This document shows, one piece after another, positions 1-9,299 of a stretch of 64,000 nt of DNA. The DNA comes from a virus. Taxonomy: Duplodnaviria > Caudoviricetes. The notes beneath the pieces are model-generated. The model was not told where the DNA came from. It saw only the letters and a program-made list of their open reading frames with translations, and did not search any database. The position numbers and the translations under genes were made by a program. Each line of letters opens with the position of its first letter. The stretch's first letter is position 1. The DNA is taken from positions 31,568-95,567 of the IMG/VR virus record IMGVR_UViG_3300028048_000102; one strand, written 5' to 3'.

Positions 1-2
1 CT

Positions 3-284
3 ATTCAAAGTCTTAGTGCTACTTTAAATGCTATAAATTCTAGAATATCTACTTTGGATACTAATATTTCAACTCTGTCCTCATCATTAAATTCATTGAC
101 CTCTAGAGTTTCTTCATTAGAATCTAGAATGAATTCAGTAGAATCTAGAGCTTCTACTTTGGAATCTAATGTAGCTTCTATAGCTGCTAGAACTTCCTCA
201 CTGGAAACTAAAGTAAATAGCAGTAGCGGAGGTAGTAGCAGTGGTGGTAGCTATGATAATACTCATGGTTGCCCAGGTAAATAA
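3..284 (+). CDS. C-terminal part of a coiled-coil fibre-like protein (5' truncated by the window)
   Basis: Frame is open from position 3 (IQSLSATLNAINSRISTLDTN...). Ser/Leu heptad repeats, then a GS linker and the tail YDNTHGCPGK. Confidence 0.75.
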   Translation: MQSLSATLNAINSRISTLDTNISTLSSSLNSLTSRVSSLESRMNSVESRASTLESNVASIAARTSSLETKVNSSSGGSSSGGSYDNTHGCPGK

Positions 285-305
285 TATAATGAAAAATAAA
301 ATTAC

Positions 306-334
306 TCATTCCTCCATATTTTATGGAGGAATGA
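306..334 (+). terminator. hairpin, likely terminator
   Basis: TCATTCCTCCATA / TATGGAGGAATGA inverted repeat followed by a T-run. Confidence 0.6.
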
Positions 335-354
335 TTTTTATTAATTAAAGGGGT

Positions 355-1533
355 ATGATTATGGTACTTGATGCACTATTTATAATGCTTGGAAAAGAAT
401 GTAATGGTAATTGTATTTATTGTGTTCAACATGATAAAGAATCTACAGCTAGTGAAGAATACTATAAAGAATTACCTAAAGTAATGAAGAATGAATCAGA
501 CATAATAAATTTTATAGTTGATCAAGCTGAAGATACTCATGAATCATTAGTAAGAAAGAATATTATAAATGTATATGGCTTACAAATAATGACTCTATAT
601 TTTATAGGTGGAGAGCCTTTATTATATTATGATACTATTAAGCATATGATTGAATTGATATCAGAAAAAACTAAGAATATACGATATTCAATTATAACTA
701 ATGGTATTCTAATGAATAGAGAAATGAGTAACTTTTTTAATATATATGATGTATTAGTTAAACTAAGTACTGATGGTAAATCATCTATAAAAACTAGATT
801 GATAGATGTATTTGATAATAAGAGATGTAGAAATGCTATATTGAATTGCAATAATCTAAAACTATCTGGAGTAATAACTCCATATTGCTATCCTTTAGAA
901 TTGGTAGAAAGTTTTGGAGAGATACATAAAGAATATATGACTCGCCATTATAGTACTCCTTCATATAGTTTTTCTCATCTTGTATTTTCTAAAGGATGTA
1001 ATAAATCATTATTAGAATTAGATTGGGAGCATTTTGAAAATGATATGTTCCATATTATTGATATATGTAATTCTACTGAAATAAATGATGAGACATATCC
1101 TATGTATTATATTTATAATACTTTTTGCAAATATATTTCTGAGGGAATTAATACAAATAGAATCCCAATATATGGAGTATGCTATGAAGATTATAATACA
1201 TTGCATATGGATTTAGATGGCAATCTATATGAATGCCATAATAATACTAATCAACTATCTACAATTTATGAGTCATTAGATAATTTCATATCAGAATTAT
1301 CTAAACTAGATAAAAGAAAGATGGATATTGATAATAAATGTGAATCATGCATTGTAAAAAATCTATGTATTGGAATATGCAGACGTGGAGAAGATTATGA
1401 AATAAATTGTGAATATATGATTAAATTCTTCGCTGTATTACAGAATGCATTCTATAGAGGAATCGAAAAGTATAAAGAGCTTAAGAATTTTAATATAAAT
1501 AAAGCATTAAACTATATTAATTTAAAGGGGTAA
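355..1533 (+). CDS. radical SAM/SPASM-domain protein 1
   Basis: CNGNCIYC, GGEP, TNG, STDG; C-terminal DLDGNLYECH and CESCIVKNLCIGIC. Confidence 0.9.
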   Translation: MIMVLDALFIMLGKECNGNCIYCVQHDKESTASEEYYKELPKVMKNESDIINFIVDQAEDTHESLVRKNIINVYGLQIMTLYFIGGEPLLYYDTIKHMIELISEKTKNIRYSIITNGILMNREMSNFFNIYDVLVKLSTDGKSSIKTRLIDVFDNKRCRNAILNCNNLKLSGVITPYCYPLELVESFGEIHKEYMTRHYSTPSYSFSHLVFSKGCNKSLLELDWEHFENDMFHIIDICNSTEINDETYPMYYIYNTFCKYISEGINTNRIPIYGVCYEDYNTLHMDLDGNLYECHNNTNQLSTIYESLDNFISELSKLDKRKMDIDNKCESCIVKNLCIGICRRGEDYEINCEYMIKFFAVLQNAFYRGIEKYKELKNFNINKALNYINLKG

Positions 1534-1539
1534 AATAAT

Positions 1540-2553
1540 ATGAATTTAAAAGTTGAAGTTATTTTAGGCAAAGAGTGTAATTTAGATTGTAAGTATTGTA
1601 ATAATAAGATTATGAAAGTTGGAACTTTATCAAAAGATGAAGATATTGATATATATGTTTTAGAATTTTTAAAAAGAGTTCCAAATCAGATAGCATTTTA
1701 TGGTGGAGAACCTTTATTACATTGGGATAGAATCGTTAGAATTATTGAATATACTGATTGTGATAGATTTAAGATAGTAACTAATGGATATTATTTAGAT
1801 GAGGAAAAAGTAAATTTCTTAAATAAATATAATGTAGATGTAGTTCTATCTTGGGATGGTCATCTATCTACTGCTAGAAATTATGATGTTATTAAAGATA
1901 ATAAAAGTAATATATTGAAAATAGATAATCTAATGATTACTTCTGTAATTACAACACAGAACTATCTTAAATCATTCTTAGATGAATTAGAAGATGTAGA
2001 GAAAGAATATTTTGATATTCATAATAAATACTTTGATATATATGCTGTTGTAGTAAATGAAAGTGATCAATTTGATATAAAAGATATCAAAGAATTATTT
2101 GAATTTGATCTTAATAGATTAAATAGAGAAGCTCAATATGTATGTGATCATTACAATGATAAAATATCATATAAAGTATTTATAAACACTTTGAAATTAT
2201 TATACGATTTTGAAACTGTAAAGAATGTTCCTGGTTGCTTATATGGATATAATAGAATAGCTATAGATCTAAAAGGAAATTACTATGCATGCTTAGATCT
2301 TGACCTTAGTTATATCAATGATAAAAATATAATCAATACTTCAGTTACTGATGCATTAAATCTAATAAATAAAGTTGATAAGTATCCTAGTAGATATGAA
2401 GATATGTGTAAAAAGTGTAATGTTATAGATATATGTAAACATGGATGTTCATATTTATCTAAAGAACAATTAGAAACTACATATTGCCCACCTAGAAAAG
2501 CGTTATATACTCCTATAATAGAATTTTTAAATAAATTAGAAGATGAAGAATAG
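1540..2553 (+). CDS. radical SAM/SPASM-domain protein 2
   Basis: CNLDCKYC, GGEP, TNG, SWDG; CKKCNVIDICKHGC; close paralog of 2641..3642. Confidence 0.9.
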   Translation: MNLKVEVILGKECNLDCKYCNNKIMKVGTLSKDEDIDIYVLEFLKRVPNQIAFYGGEPLLHWDRIVRIIEYTDCDRFKIVTNGYYLDEEKVNFLNKYNVDVVLSWDGHLSTARNYDVIKDNKSNILKIDNLMITSVITTQNYLKSFLDELEDVEKEYFDIHNKYFDIYAVVVNESDQFDIKDIKELFEFDLNRLNREAQYVCDHYNDKISYKVFINTLKLLYDFETVKNVPGCLYGYNRIAIDLKGNYYACLDLDLSYINDKNIINTSVTDALNLINKVDKYPSRYEDMCKKCNVIDICKHGCSYLSKEQLETTYCPPRKALYTPIIEFLNKLEDEE

Positions 2554-2561
2554 TGTATAAT

Positions 2562-2590
2562 TATACCCTAGACGAAATGTCTAGGGTATA
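2562..2590 (+). terminator. hairpin terminator
   Basis: TATACCCTAGAC / GTCTAGGGTATA followed by TTTTT. Confidence 0.7.
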
Positions 2591-2599
2591 TTTTTCGAA

Positions 2600-2611
2600 A
2601 ACATTTTAATA
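2600..2611 (+). promoter_or_regulatory. putative late promoter AACA-N6-TA
   Basis: AACATTTTAATA; same motif precedes the sheath and other structural genes. Confidence 0.55.
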
Positions 2612-2640
2612 ATCAAGAAGAAAAATGAGGGGGACTATGT

Positions 2641-3642
2641 ATGGATATAGAACTCGTTTTAGGTAAAGAGTGTAATTTAAATTGTGCTTATTGCCATAAT
2701 AAAGAAATGCATATAGATAGTATAGATGCTGATAATATTCCAATATCAACATTAGATTTTTTAAAGAGAGTTCCAACTAAGTTAACGTTTTATGGTGGAG
2801 AGCCTTTAATGTATTGGGATCATATACATAAAATATTAACTGAGTATTATAATCCAAACTGTCATTATTATTTAATTACAAATGGATATTACTTGAATAA
2901 AGATATTGCTAAAGTACTAAATGAGTGCAATGTTACTGTTTATATTTCTTATGATTGTAATATAAGTTACAGAGGTTATGATGTAATTGAAGAGAATAAG
3001 TATAATATTATGTATCTAAATGATATGGCTATAATGGGAACTACTAATTCTCAAGATTATTTTAAATCTTTACTTGATAAATTAAATAGATTGGAAGAAG
3101 AATATTTCTTTAGTCATAATAAGTATTTCAATATTTATATTGATTTCATCAATAAGTTTGATGATACTAATAAAAATGTGAAATATAATGATATAGCTAA
3201 CTATGATCTTAGTACATTAGAAGCAGAAGCTAAATACATTTGTGATCATTATAATTCTTATACATCTTATAAGATGTTTTTAGATAGTCTAAAAGAAATG
3301 TATGATGATGAGATTATACCTAGCAGTCCATCTTGTAGATACGGCTATAATAAGACTGTAATAGATTTATTTGGCAATTATTATGCATGCTTAGATGATG
3401 ACGATAATAATAATTGTAATATAATAAGCAACTCTGTTGATGATGCATTGAACTTATTAAAGAAAAAAGATAAATATAAAGATAGATATACTACTATATG
3501 TGCTGAATGTAATGTTAGAAAAATATGTAAGAATGGATGTAGCTACTATACTAAAGAAGACTTAGAACAGTATTATTGCCCACCTAGAAAAGCATTTTAT
3601 GCTCCTATAATAGAATTTTTTAAAAATAAATTAAAAGATTAA
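2641..3642 (+). CDS. radical SAM/SPASM-domain protein 3
   Basis: CNLNCAYC, GGEP, TNG; CAECNVRKICKNGC; YCPPRKA shared with 1540..2553. Confidence 0.9.
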   Translation: MDIELVLGKECNLNCAYCHNKEMHIDSIDADNIPISTLDFLKRVPTKLTFYGGEPLMYWDHIHKILTEYYNPNCHYYLITNGYYLNKDIAKVLNECNVTVYISYDCNISYRGYDVIEENKYNIMYLNDMAIMGTTNSQDYFKSLLDKLNRLEEEYFFSHNKYFNIYIDFINKFDDTNKNVKYNDIANYDLSTLEAEAKYICDHYNSYTSYKMFLDSLKEMYDDEIIPSSPSCRYGYNKTVIDLFGNYYACLDDDDNNNCNIISNSVDDALNLLKKKDKYKDRYTTICAECNVRKICKNGCSYYTKEDLEQYYCPPRKAFYAPIIEFFKNKLKD

Positions 3643-3655
3643 GGAGGGATATAAG

Positions 3656-4051
3656 ATGGCTAGTACATCAATTAGAAATGTAATTCTGGAATTTAATGCA
3701 GAAGATAAAATTAGATGGCAAGAATTGGCACCATCATTACAAGCTATGATTAATGGAATATCTAATTCTGTTAATTTAGTGAATAGTAATTTAGAAGATA
3801 TAAGTGATAGAATATCTGCTTTAGAGAATAGAGTTTCAGTAATAGAATCTATAATCAATAGTGGTGGTGGAAGCAGTAGTGGTGGTGGAGGTGCTTATAT
3901 ACTTCCAACGGCTACTAATAATGTTTTAGGCGGAGTCAAAGTAGGAGAAGGTTTATCCATATCTCCAGAAGGTGTATTGAATATATCTGGTTCAGAATCT
4001 GGCGATACATATGATATTGCTGAAGATGGAATAGCTGATCAATTGATTTAA
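3656..4051 (+). CDS. fibre-associated structural protein
   Basis: Short coiled coil, GS linker, and YILPTAT..LGGVKVGEGLSISPEGVL repeat typical of phage fibre proteins; SD GGAGG. Confidence 0.65.
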   Translation: MASTSIRNVILEFNAEDKIRWQELAPSLQAMINGISNSVNLVNSNLEDISDRISALENRVSVIESIINSGGGSSSGGGGAYILPTATNNVLGGVKVGEGLSISPEGVLNISGSESGDTYDIAEDGIADQLI

Positions 4052-4117
4052 TTATTTTTGGGTAATATTCCATTATTGGATATATTATTATAGATTAAAA
4101 GGAAGGAGAGATGCTAT

Positions 4118-4843
4118 ATGGCACTCACAGAAGCCCAACTTGCAAAAATTGCAAGAATTAAAGACTTGCAGACACTCGCTACAAAGGTTAAGACACTTTT
4201 TAACTCATCTGTAACAAGCGTTGATCTTGCTAAAGATACAACTGCCACTGAAGGGTATGCAGCAAGTTACACCTTGAGTGTTAACGGTACTCCTCTTAGT
4301 ACCAAGATTAACATTCCTAAGGATTTCCTCGTAAAATCTGCTACTTTGGCAACTGTATCAACTGCTGATACTCCTTATACTGGAGCAGCAATTGGTGATA
4401 AGTACATTGATTTCGTTATCAATGCTAAGGACGCCTCTGATGGTACTGGTGCAGAGCACATTTATCTGCCTGTAAGTGATCTCGTAGATACTTATACTGC
4501 AGGTAACGGTCTTTCTTTGAGCAGCGGTGCATTTAGTGTAGCTATTGATAGTACTAATGCTAACGGTCTGTCCGTAAGTGCTAGTGGTCTGGCTTTGGCA
4601 ACTGCTACTGCTTCTACTAGTGGTACTGGTGGTTCCAACGGTGCTATGTCCGCAACCGATAAAGAGAAGTTGAATGGTATTAGCACTCAGGCAACCAAGA
4701 CAACTGTAACTACTGAAAAGGCTGGTACTATTGAAATCGATGGTGTATCTAAGGTTATTGTTGATATTGCTACAGATTCCGATGTTACTGCTATGATGGA
4801 TGAAGTTTTCCCTTCTAGCTCAGGTGGCGGCACTGGAGAATAA
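4118..4843 (+). CDS. tail/head fibre-like structural protein
   Basis: Ala/Thr/Ser/Gly-rich; YTAGNGLSLS and GAMSATDKEKLNGI motifs common in phage fibre proteins. Confidence 0.65.
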   Translation: MALTEAQLAKIARIKDLQTLATKVKTLFNSSVTSVDLAKDTTATEGYAASYTLSVNGTPLSTKINIPKDFLVKSATLATVSTADTPYTGAAIGDKYIDFVINAKDASDGTGAEHIYLPVSDLVDTYTAGNGLSLSSGAFSVAIDSTNANGLSVSASGLALATATASTSGTGGSNGAMSATDKEKLNGISTQATKTTVTTEKAGTIEIDGVSKVIVDIATDSDVTAMMDEVFPSSSGGGTGE

Positions 4844-4867
4844 TAAGTTATAACCAAAAAAAAAACT

Positions 4868-4900
4868 GAAAGGGACTAAATAGTCCCTTTCTTTTTTTTT
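4868..4900 (+). terminator. intrinsic terminator
   Basis: GAAAGGGACTA / TAGTCCCTTTC + T9, preceded by an A-run. Confidence 0.85.
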
Positions 4901-4922
4901 AGAAAGTAGTGGTGTAAATAAT

Positions 4923-6266
4923 ATGGCAAATACGATCATTACGCTAGAACAACTAGAATATATTTTATTAGAATTAAAAGATTATATTGATAATAATGCA
5001 GGTACCACTATTGGCTGGGATTATGTGCTTAATAAGCCAGTATCTTTCCCGCCATCAAGTCATACCCATGATGATAGATATTATACAGAGGATGAAGTAG
5101 ATACTTTACTATCTGGCAAGTCTGATACTGGTCATACACATAGTCAGTATTTAACTGAGCATGCTACTGTAGATGATGCTTTAAGTGCTACTAGTACTAA
5201 CGCAGTACAAAATAAAGTAGTTCAAGCAGCATTGGCTGATAAGTCTGATACTGGCCATACTCATGATAATAGATATTACACAGAGAATGAAGTAGATACA
5301 TTATTAGATGGTAAGTCTGATACTGGTCATACTCATAGTCAATATTTGACTGAACATGCTACTGTAGATTCAGCTTTAAGTTCTACTAGTACTAATGCTG
5401 TACAAAATAAAGTTATAAATACAGCATTAGCTGGAAAGGCAGCTAGTGATCATACTCATAGCCAGTATTTAACTGCTCATGCCCCTGTAGATTCAGCATT
5501 ATCAAGTACTAGCACCAATGCTGTACAAAATAAAGTTATAAATTCAGCTCTAGCTGGCAAGTCTGATACTGGTCATACTCATAGTCAGTATTTAACTGAA
5601 CATCAAGATATTTCTGGTAAAGCTAATACAAGTGGAACTTATCCTAGTTTAATATCTGGAGGAGTTAGAGATTATAACAATGGATCTACTATCACTTTTG
5701 GATATTCAACTGCTGGAATGACTTCTACATCATGGTTAGCATCTTGGGATGGATATAGATTAAGAGCTATAGCACCCGCAAATGTTTCTGCTGGTTATGC
5801 ATCTACGGCTGGTACTGCTAATTCAGCATATTATGCTGACTATGCAGAGTTTTTCCCTCGTGGAGAAGAAACAGAAGTTGGAGATATTATTGCACTTGAT
5901 GAATTTTCTGAAGATGAAAAGTATGTTAAAGCAACTGAAAACTCTATATGTGTAATTGGAGTTCATTCAGAGGATTATGGTATAATTGTTGGTGGTGAAA
6001 ACCCTAAAGATGATATAGTAACAAGAGATAATTATTTTAAATATAATATTTCTAAATATATTCCTGTAAGTTTAGCAGGACGTGTTCCTGTTAAGTTTAA
6101 AGGTATATCTCATAAAGGTGTAAGAGTAGTACCTTCTGAAATACCTGGAGTTGGTAGAGCTTTTGATGCAACTAAAGATGATAGAGATTCTATTATAGGC
6201 TATCTTGTAGAATCTGATAATGGAGATAACGAAGAAATAAGATTACTTAAAATGAAAATAAAGTGA
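4923..6266 (+). CDS. tail fibre protein with HxH repeats and a C-terminal peptidase G2/intramolecular-chaperone-like domain
   Basis: Repeats of GKSDTGHTHSQYLTEH and ALSSTSTNAVQNKV; C-terminal ADYAEFF...GDII...IGV.S...PVSLAGRVPVK. Confidence 0.8.
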   Translation: MANTIITLEQLEYILLELKDYIDNNAGTTIGWDYVLNKPVSFPPSSHTHDDRYYTEDEVDTLLSGKSDTGHTHSQYLTEHATVDDALSATSTNAVQNKVVQAALADKSDTGHTHDNRYYTENEVDTLLDGKSDTGHTHSQYLTEHATVDSALSSTSTNAVQNKVINTALAGKAASDHTHSQYLTAHAPVDSALSSTSTNAVQNKVINSALAGKSDTGHTHSQYLTEHQDISGKANTSGTYPSLISGGVRDYNNGSTITFGYSTAGMTSTSWLASWDGYRLRAIAPANVSAGYASTAGTANSAYYADYAEFFPRGEETEVGDIIALDEFSEDEKYVKATENSICVIGVHSEDYGIIVGGENPKDDIVTRDNYFKYNISKYIPVSLAGRVPVKFKGISHKGVRVVPSEIPGVGRAFDATKDDRDSIIGYLVESDNGDNEEIRLLKMKIK

Positions 6267-6276
6267 GGTAATAATT

Positions 6277-7398
6277 GTGGGGAAATTTTTGAATTTAGGT
6301 TGTAATACATTGATGTTTATAATGGGGCAGGGATGTAATCTTAGTTGTTCATACTGTTTAAAACATACTCTAATAAATGAGCAGTTACCTGTAAACGTAT
6401 CTCCAGTAATTTTTGAATATTTGGATTTCTTAGCTGAAGAAGGTACTTGTCCAATTAATTGTAACTACTTTGGTGGAGAACCTCTTGTTTATTATGATGG
6501 CGTTAAATCTATTGTAGAGCATTGCAATCAAATAGAACAAAGACTAGATAAAAAGATTTTTCACCACTCAATGATTTCAAATGGAAAGTCACTTAATGAA
6601 GAAATAGTAGAGTTTCTTAATAAAAATAACTTTGCTTATACTATAAGCTGGGATGGTAATAATAGTATAGAAACTAGAGGATATGATGTTATAGAAGACA
6701 AGTTTGATTTATTACTAAAAATAAATAATCTTGGAATATCATCTGTGATATCTTCTAAGTCGTATCCTCTAGATGTAGTAAATGCAATGCAGAAATTTGA
6801 TGATGAATATTTTGCTAAGAACAATAGCCATGTTCGTTGTAATTTTGATGATATAATGGATACTGGTGTTGGAGTTGAAAATCAAGAACTATGCAAAATT
6901 GATCCTGAGAGATTTGAATCAGATATTCAAAAGATTTTTGATATGTATGAAGAAGATGTATTAAGTAATCAGACTTTATTAAATAAATATCATGTTGCTA
7001 TAAGATACTGTATGAATAATATTAACTCAATTAAACATTATCTAAAAGAAGGACCTAATAAAATTTCTAGATGTGGTCAAGGATTGGAAGTTTTAAATCT
7101 TGATATGTCTGGAAAAATTTATGATTGTCATAACGTTACTACAGGTGAAATTGGGCATTTGCAGTATGATAGTATTCCATTTATTAGAAATATAATAGCT
7201 AGTGAATATAAAACTATGCATAGAATAAATACTATTTGTAAAGATTGTCAAGCTATATCACTTTGTGGTGGTGGATGTAAATATGTAGAAGATGAAAGAA
7301 TAGGCACTTCTTGCATGCAGAGTATTATCAAATTCAATGTGATTTCAGATAGATTAATAAAGTTAGCAGAGAAAGTTGGTGAAGCAAGTGGCTGTTAA
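6277..7398 (+). CDS. radical SAM/SPASM-domain protein 4
   Basis: CNLSCSYC, FGGEP, SNG, SWDG..RG; NLDMSGKIYDCH, CKDCQAISLCGGGC; GTG start. Confidence 0.92.
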   Translation: MGKFLNLGCNTLMFIMGQGCNLSCSYCLKHTLINEQLPVNVSPVIFEYLDFLAEEGTCPINCNYFGGEPLVYYDGVKSIVEHCNQIEQRLDKKIFHHSMISNGKSLNEEIVEFLNKNNFAYTISWDGNNSIETRGYDVIEDKFDLLLKINNLGISSVISSKSYPLDVVNAMQKFDDEYFAKNNSHVRCNFDDIMDTGVGVENQELCKIDPERFESDIQKIFDMYEEDVLSNQTLLNKYHVAIRYCMNNINSIKHYLKEGPNKISRCGQGLEVLNLDMSGKIYDCHNVTTGEIGHLQYDSIPFIRNIIASEYKTMHRINTICKDCQAISLCGGGCKYVEDERIGTSCMQSIIKFNVISDRLIKLAEKVGEASGC

Positions 7399-7741
7399 TG
7401 GTGCAATATCTAAAACAAGTTTTACTGACCAAAGTTCTTTAGCAGATAGTGTAACATCTGTTAAAGCTAAAACTGTTCATATAAATGAATTAAGAACTGC
7501 TGTTGATACTTTAACAAGTGCTAGTGCAAATGTGGATAATTGTGGTAATTGTACTTTTTGCCAAGGAAATCAAAGTAATCAAAATTGCCAAACAGATGGA
7601 TGTGAAGGATGTCAAACTTCTTATAATCAATCTTGTGAAACTTGTCAAACCTGTCAAAATGCCACTTTAAATCAATCTAATCAAGCAAATCAAAGTAATC
7701 AAGGATATAATTATAATAGTTGTCAATCAAATCGTCGTTAA
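7388..7741 (+). CDS. Cys/Gln/Asn-rich protein A, candidate radical SAM substrate
   Basis: Probable GTG start at 7388 (ORF track starts 7376). N-terminal KTVHINELRTAV, then 10 Cys in (C/N)Q(S/T)-type triplets. Confidence 0.75.
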   Translation: MAVNGAISKTSFTDQSSLADSVTSVKAKTVHINELRTAVDTLTSASANVDNCGNCTFCQGNQSNQNCQTDGCEGCQTSYNQSCETCQTCQNATLNQSNQANQSNQGYNYNSCQSNRR

Positions 7742-7757
7742 GGTGAGGTGATATAGA

Positions 7758-8195
7758 ATGGCTTATACAGATACTATAACGACAGGTACTCAAGTTAAAT
7801 TAGTACATGCTAAAGAATTAAAAGAGCAAATGGAAACACTTGCTACTAATGCAAGCGTATCAGTTTCTTTTACTGGATGGGGTACTTCAAAACCAACAAA
7901 AGTTAATATGGAGCTTTTACAAAATGCATGTAATAAATTAGAAGACGAATTTTCTTATAATTGTTGTCAGAATGATTGTTGTCAAACAAATCAGTCAAAT
8001 TGTAAAAATCAATCTGTATTAAATCAAACTAATCAAACTTGTGAAACTGCTGCTTGTGAATCTTCAACTTGTCAAACTAATCAAAAAGATCAGGCATGTC
8101 AATCTTATACTAATCAAGGTAATTGCTCATCATATAATCAAAGTTGTCAAAATAATATGTCTTGCGGTGGCTGTGGCGGTTGCGGTGGTATGTAA
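7758..8195 (+). CDS. Cys/Gln/Asn-rich protein B, candidate radical SAM substrate
   Basis: SD GAGGTG; N-terminal KLVHAKELK; 15 Cys; ends CGGCGGCGGM. Confidence 0.8.
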   Translation: MAYTDTITTGTQVKLVHAKELKEQMETLATNASVSVSFTGWGTSKPTKVNMELLQNACNKLEDEFSYNCCQNDCCQTNQSNCKNQSVLNQTNQTCETAACESSTCQTNQKDQACQSYTNQGNCSSYNQSCQNNMSCGGCGGCGGM

Positions 8196-8218
8196 TTGTA
8201 ATTAAAGAGGTATAATAT

Positions 8219-9289
8219 ATGTTTAATTTTGGTAGTTATAGGCTTAAAATTATACTAGGTAGTGCTTGTAATTTACATTGTAAATATTGTGAGCAAAATA
8301 GTAATATATGTAAGTTACCAGAAGTTATATCTAGTAATTTATTACACTATTTGAAATGGATTAACGGGTTTAATGAAAGAACTAGAATTCAATTTTTTGG
8401 CGGAGAACCATTACTTTATTTAGATAAAATAAAACAACTTGTACAGTTTATAGAGAAAGAAAATCTAAATAACTTTGCGTTAGATATACCAACTAATGGT
8501 AAATTACTTACAGAAGAAATCATTGATTATTGTAATAAACATAACATAGTTTTATGCTTATCTTGGGAAGGTAAAAATACTAAATTAGATAGAGGATATG
8601 ATGTTATAGAAGATAAAAAAGACTTAATTTTTAAAATAAAAAATTTAGCTTTTTCGAGTGTATGGACAAAAAATTCTTTACCATTTGATGCTTTAAGTGA
8701 TGTTCAAAATATTCTAAATGATTATAGAATACAAACTGGATTAAATTATAGAATAAATGCTAATTCATTATTTATGTGTGATTTATCTGGTAATAATTCT
8801 TTAAATATATATGATTTAAATATTTTAACGGAACAATATAAGAAAATATTTAAAGTATATAAAGAATATATGAATAATCATTCTCAGGAATATTATGAAA
8901 ATAATAGATTAATAATAGAATATGTACAATATTTAATTTCAACTATTCGAAAAGAATTACAAAATCCTACAAAAAATGCTTGGTGTGATTCTATTGTAGA
9001 CACTTTAAATTTAGATTTAGATGGTAATATTTATAAATGCCCTTTATTATTAAATGAGCCTATAGGTAATGTAATAACTGATTCAAATAGAGTATTATTA
9101 CAAAACTATGCTTATTCTGAATTAAATATTATGAATCGTAGAGAGAATATGTGTAAAGATTGTGCAGCTCATGTTATATGCCGTGGTGGTTGTAAAGAAG
9201 TATCTAATAAAAATATTGAATCGAATTGTAAATTATGGAAAGGTTTATTTGAAATAATTTATAATGAGATAATAAGTATAAGTTCATAG
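8219..9289 (+). CDS. radical SAM/SPASM-domain protein 5
   Basis: CNLHCKYC, FGGEP, TNG; DLDGNIYKC, CKDCAAHVICRGGC. Confidence 0.92.
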   Translation: MFNFGSYRLKIILGSACNLHCKYCEQNSNICKLPEVISSNLLHYLKWINGFNERTRIQFFGGEPLLYLDKIKQLVQFIEKENLNNFALDIPTNGKLLTEEIIDYCNKHNIVLCLSWEGKNTKLDRGYDVIEDKKDLIFKIKNLAFSSVWTKNSLPFDALSDVQNILNDYRIQTGLNYRINANSLFMCDLSGNNSLNIYDLNILTEQYKKIFKVYKEYMNNHSQEYYENNRLIIEYVQYLISTIRKELQNPTKNAWCDSIVDTLNLDLDGNIYKCPLLLNEPIGNVITDSNRVLLQNYAYSELNIMNRRENMCKDCAAHVICRGGCKEVSNKNIESNCKLWKGLFEIIYNEIISISS

Positions 9290-9299
9290 AGGTGTTTTA

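Noticed and set aside
5060-5610. Tail-fibre DNA repeats as a diversity-generating retroelement TR/VR pair
   Set aside because: These are in-frame protein repeats with mostly synonymous differences, not adenine-specific ones, and there is no reverse transcriptase in the window.
7388-8195. Canonical SCIFF/thermocellin or exported sactipeptide bacteriocin
   Set aside because: Only a short local resemblance; the proteins are much longer, the enzymes lack an RRE, and no exporter or peptidase is present.
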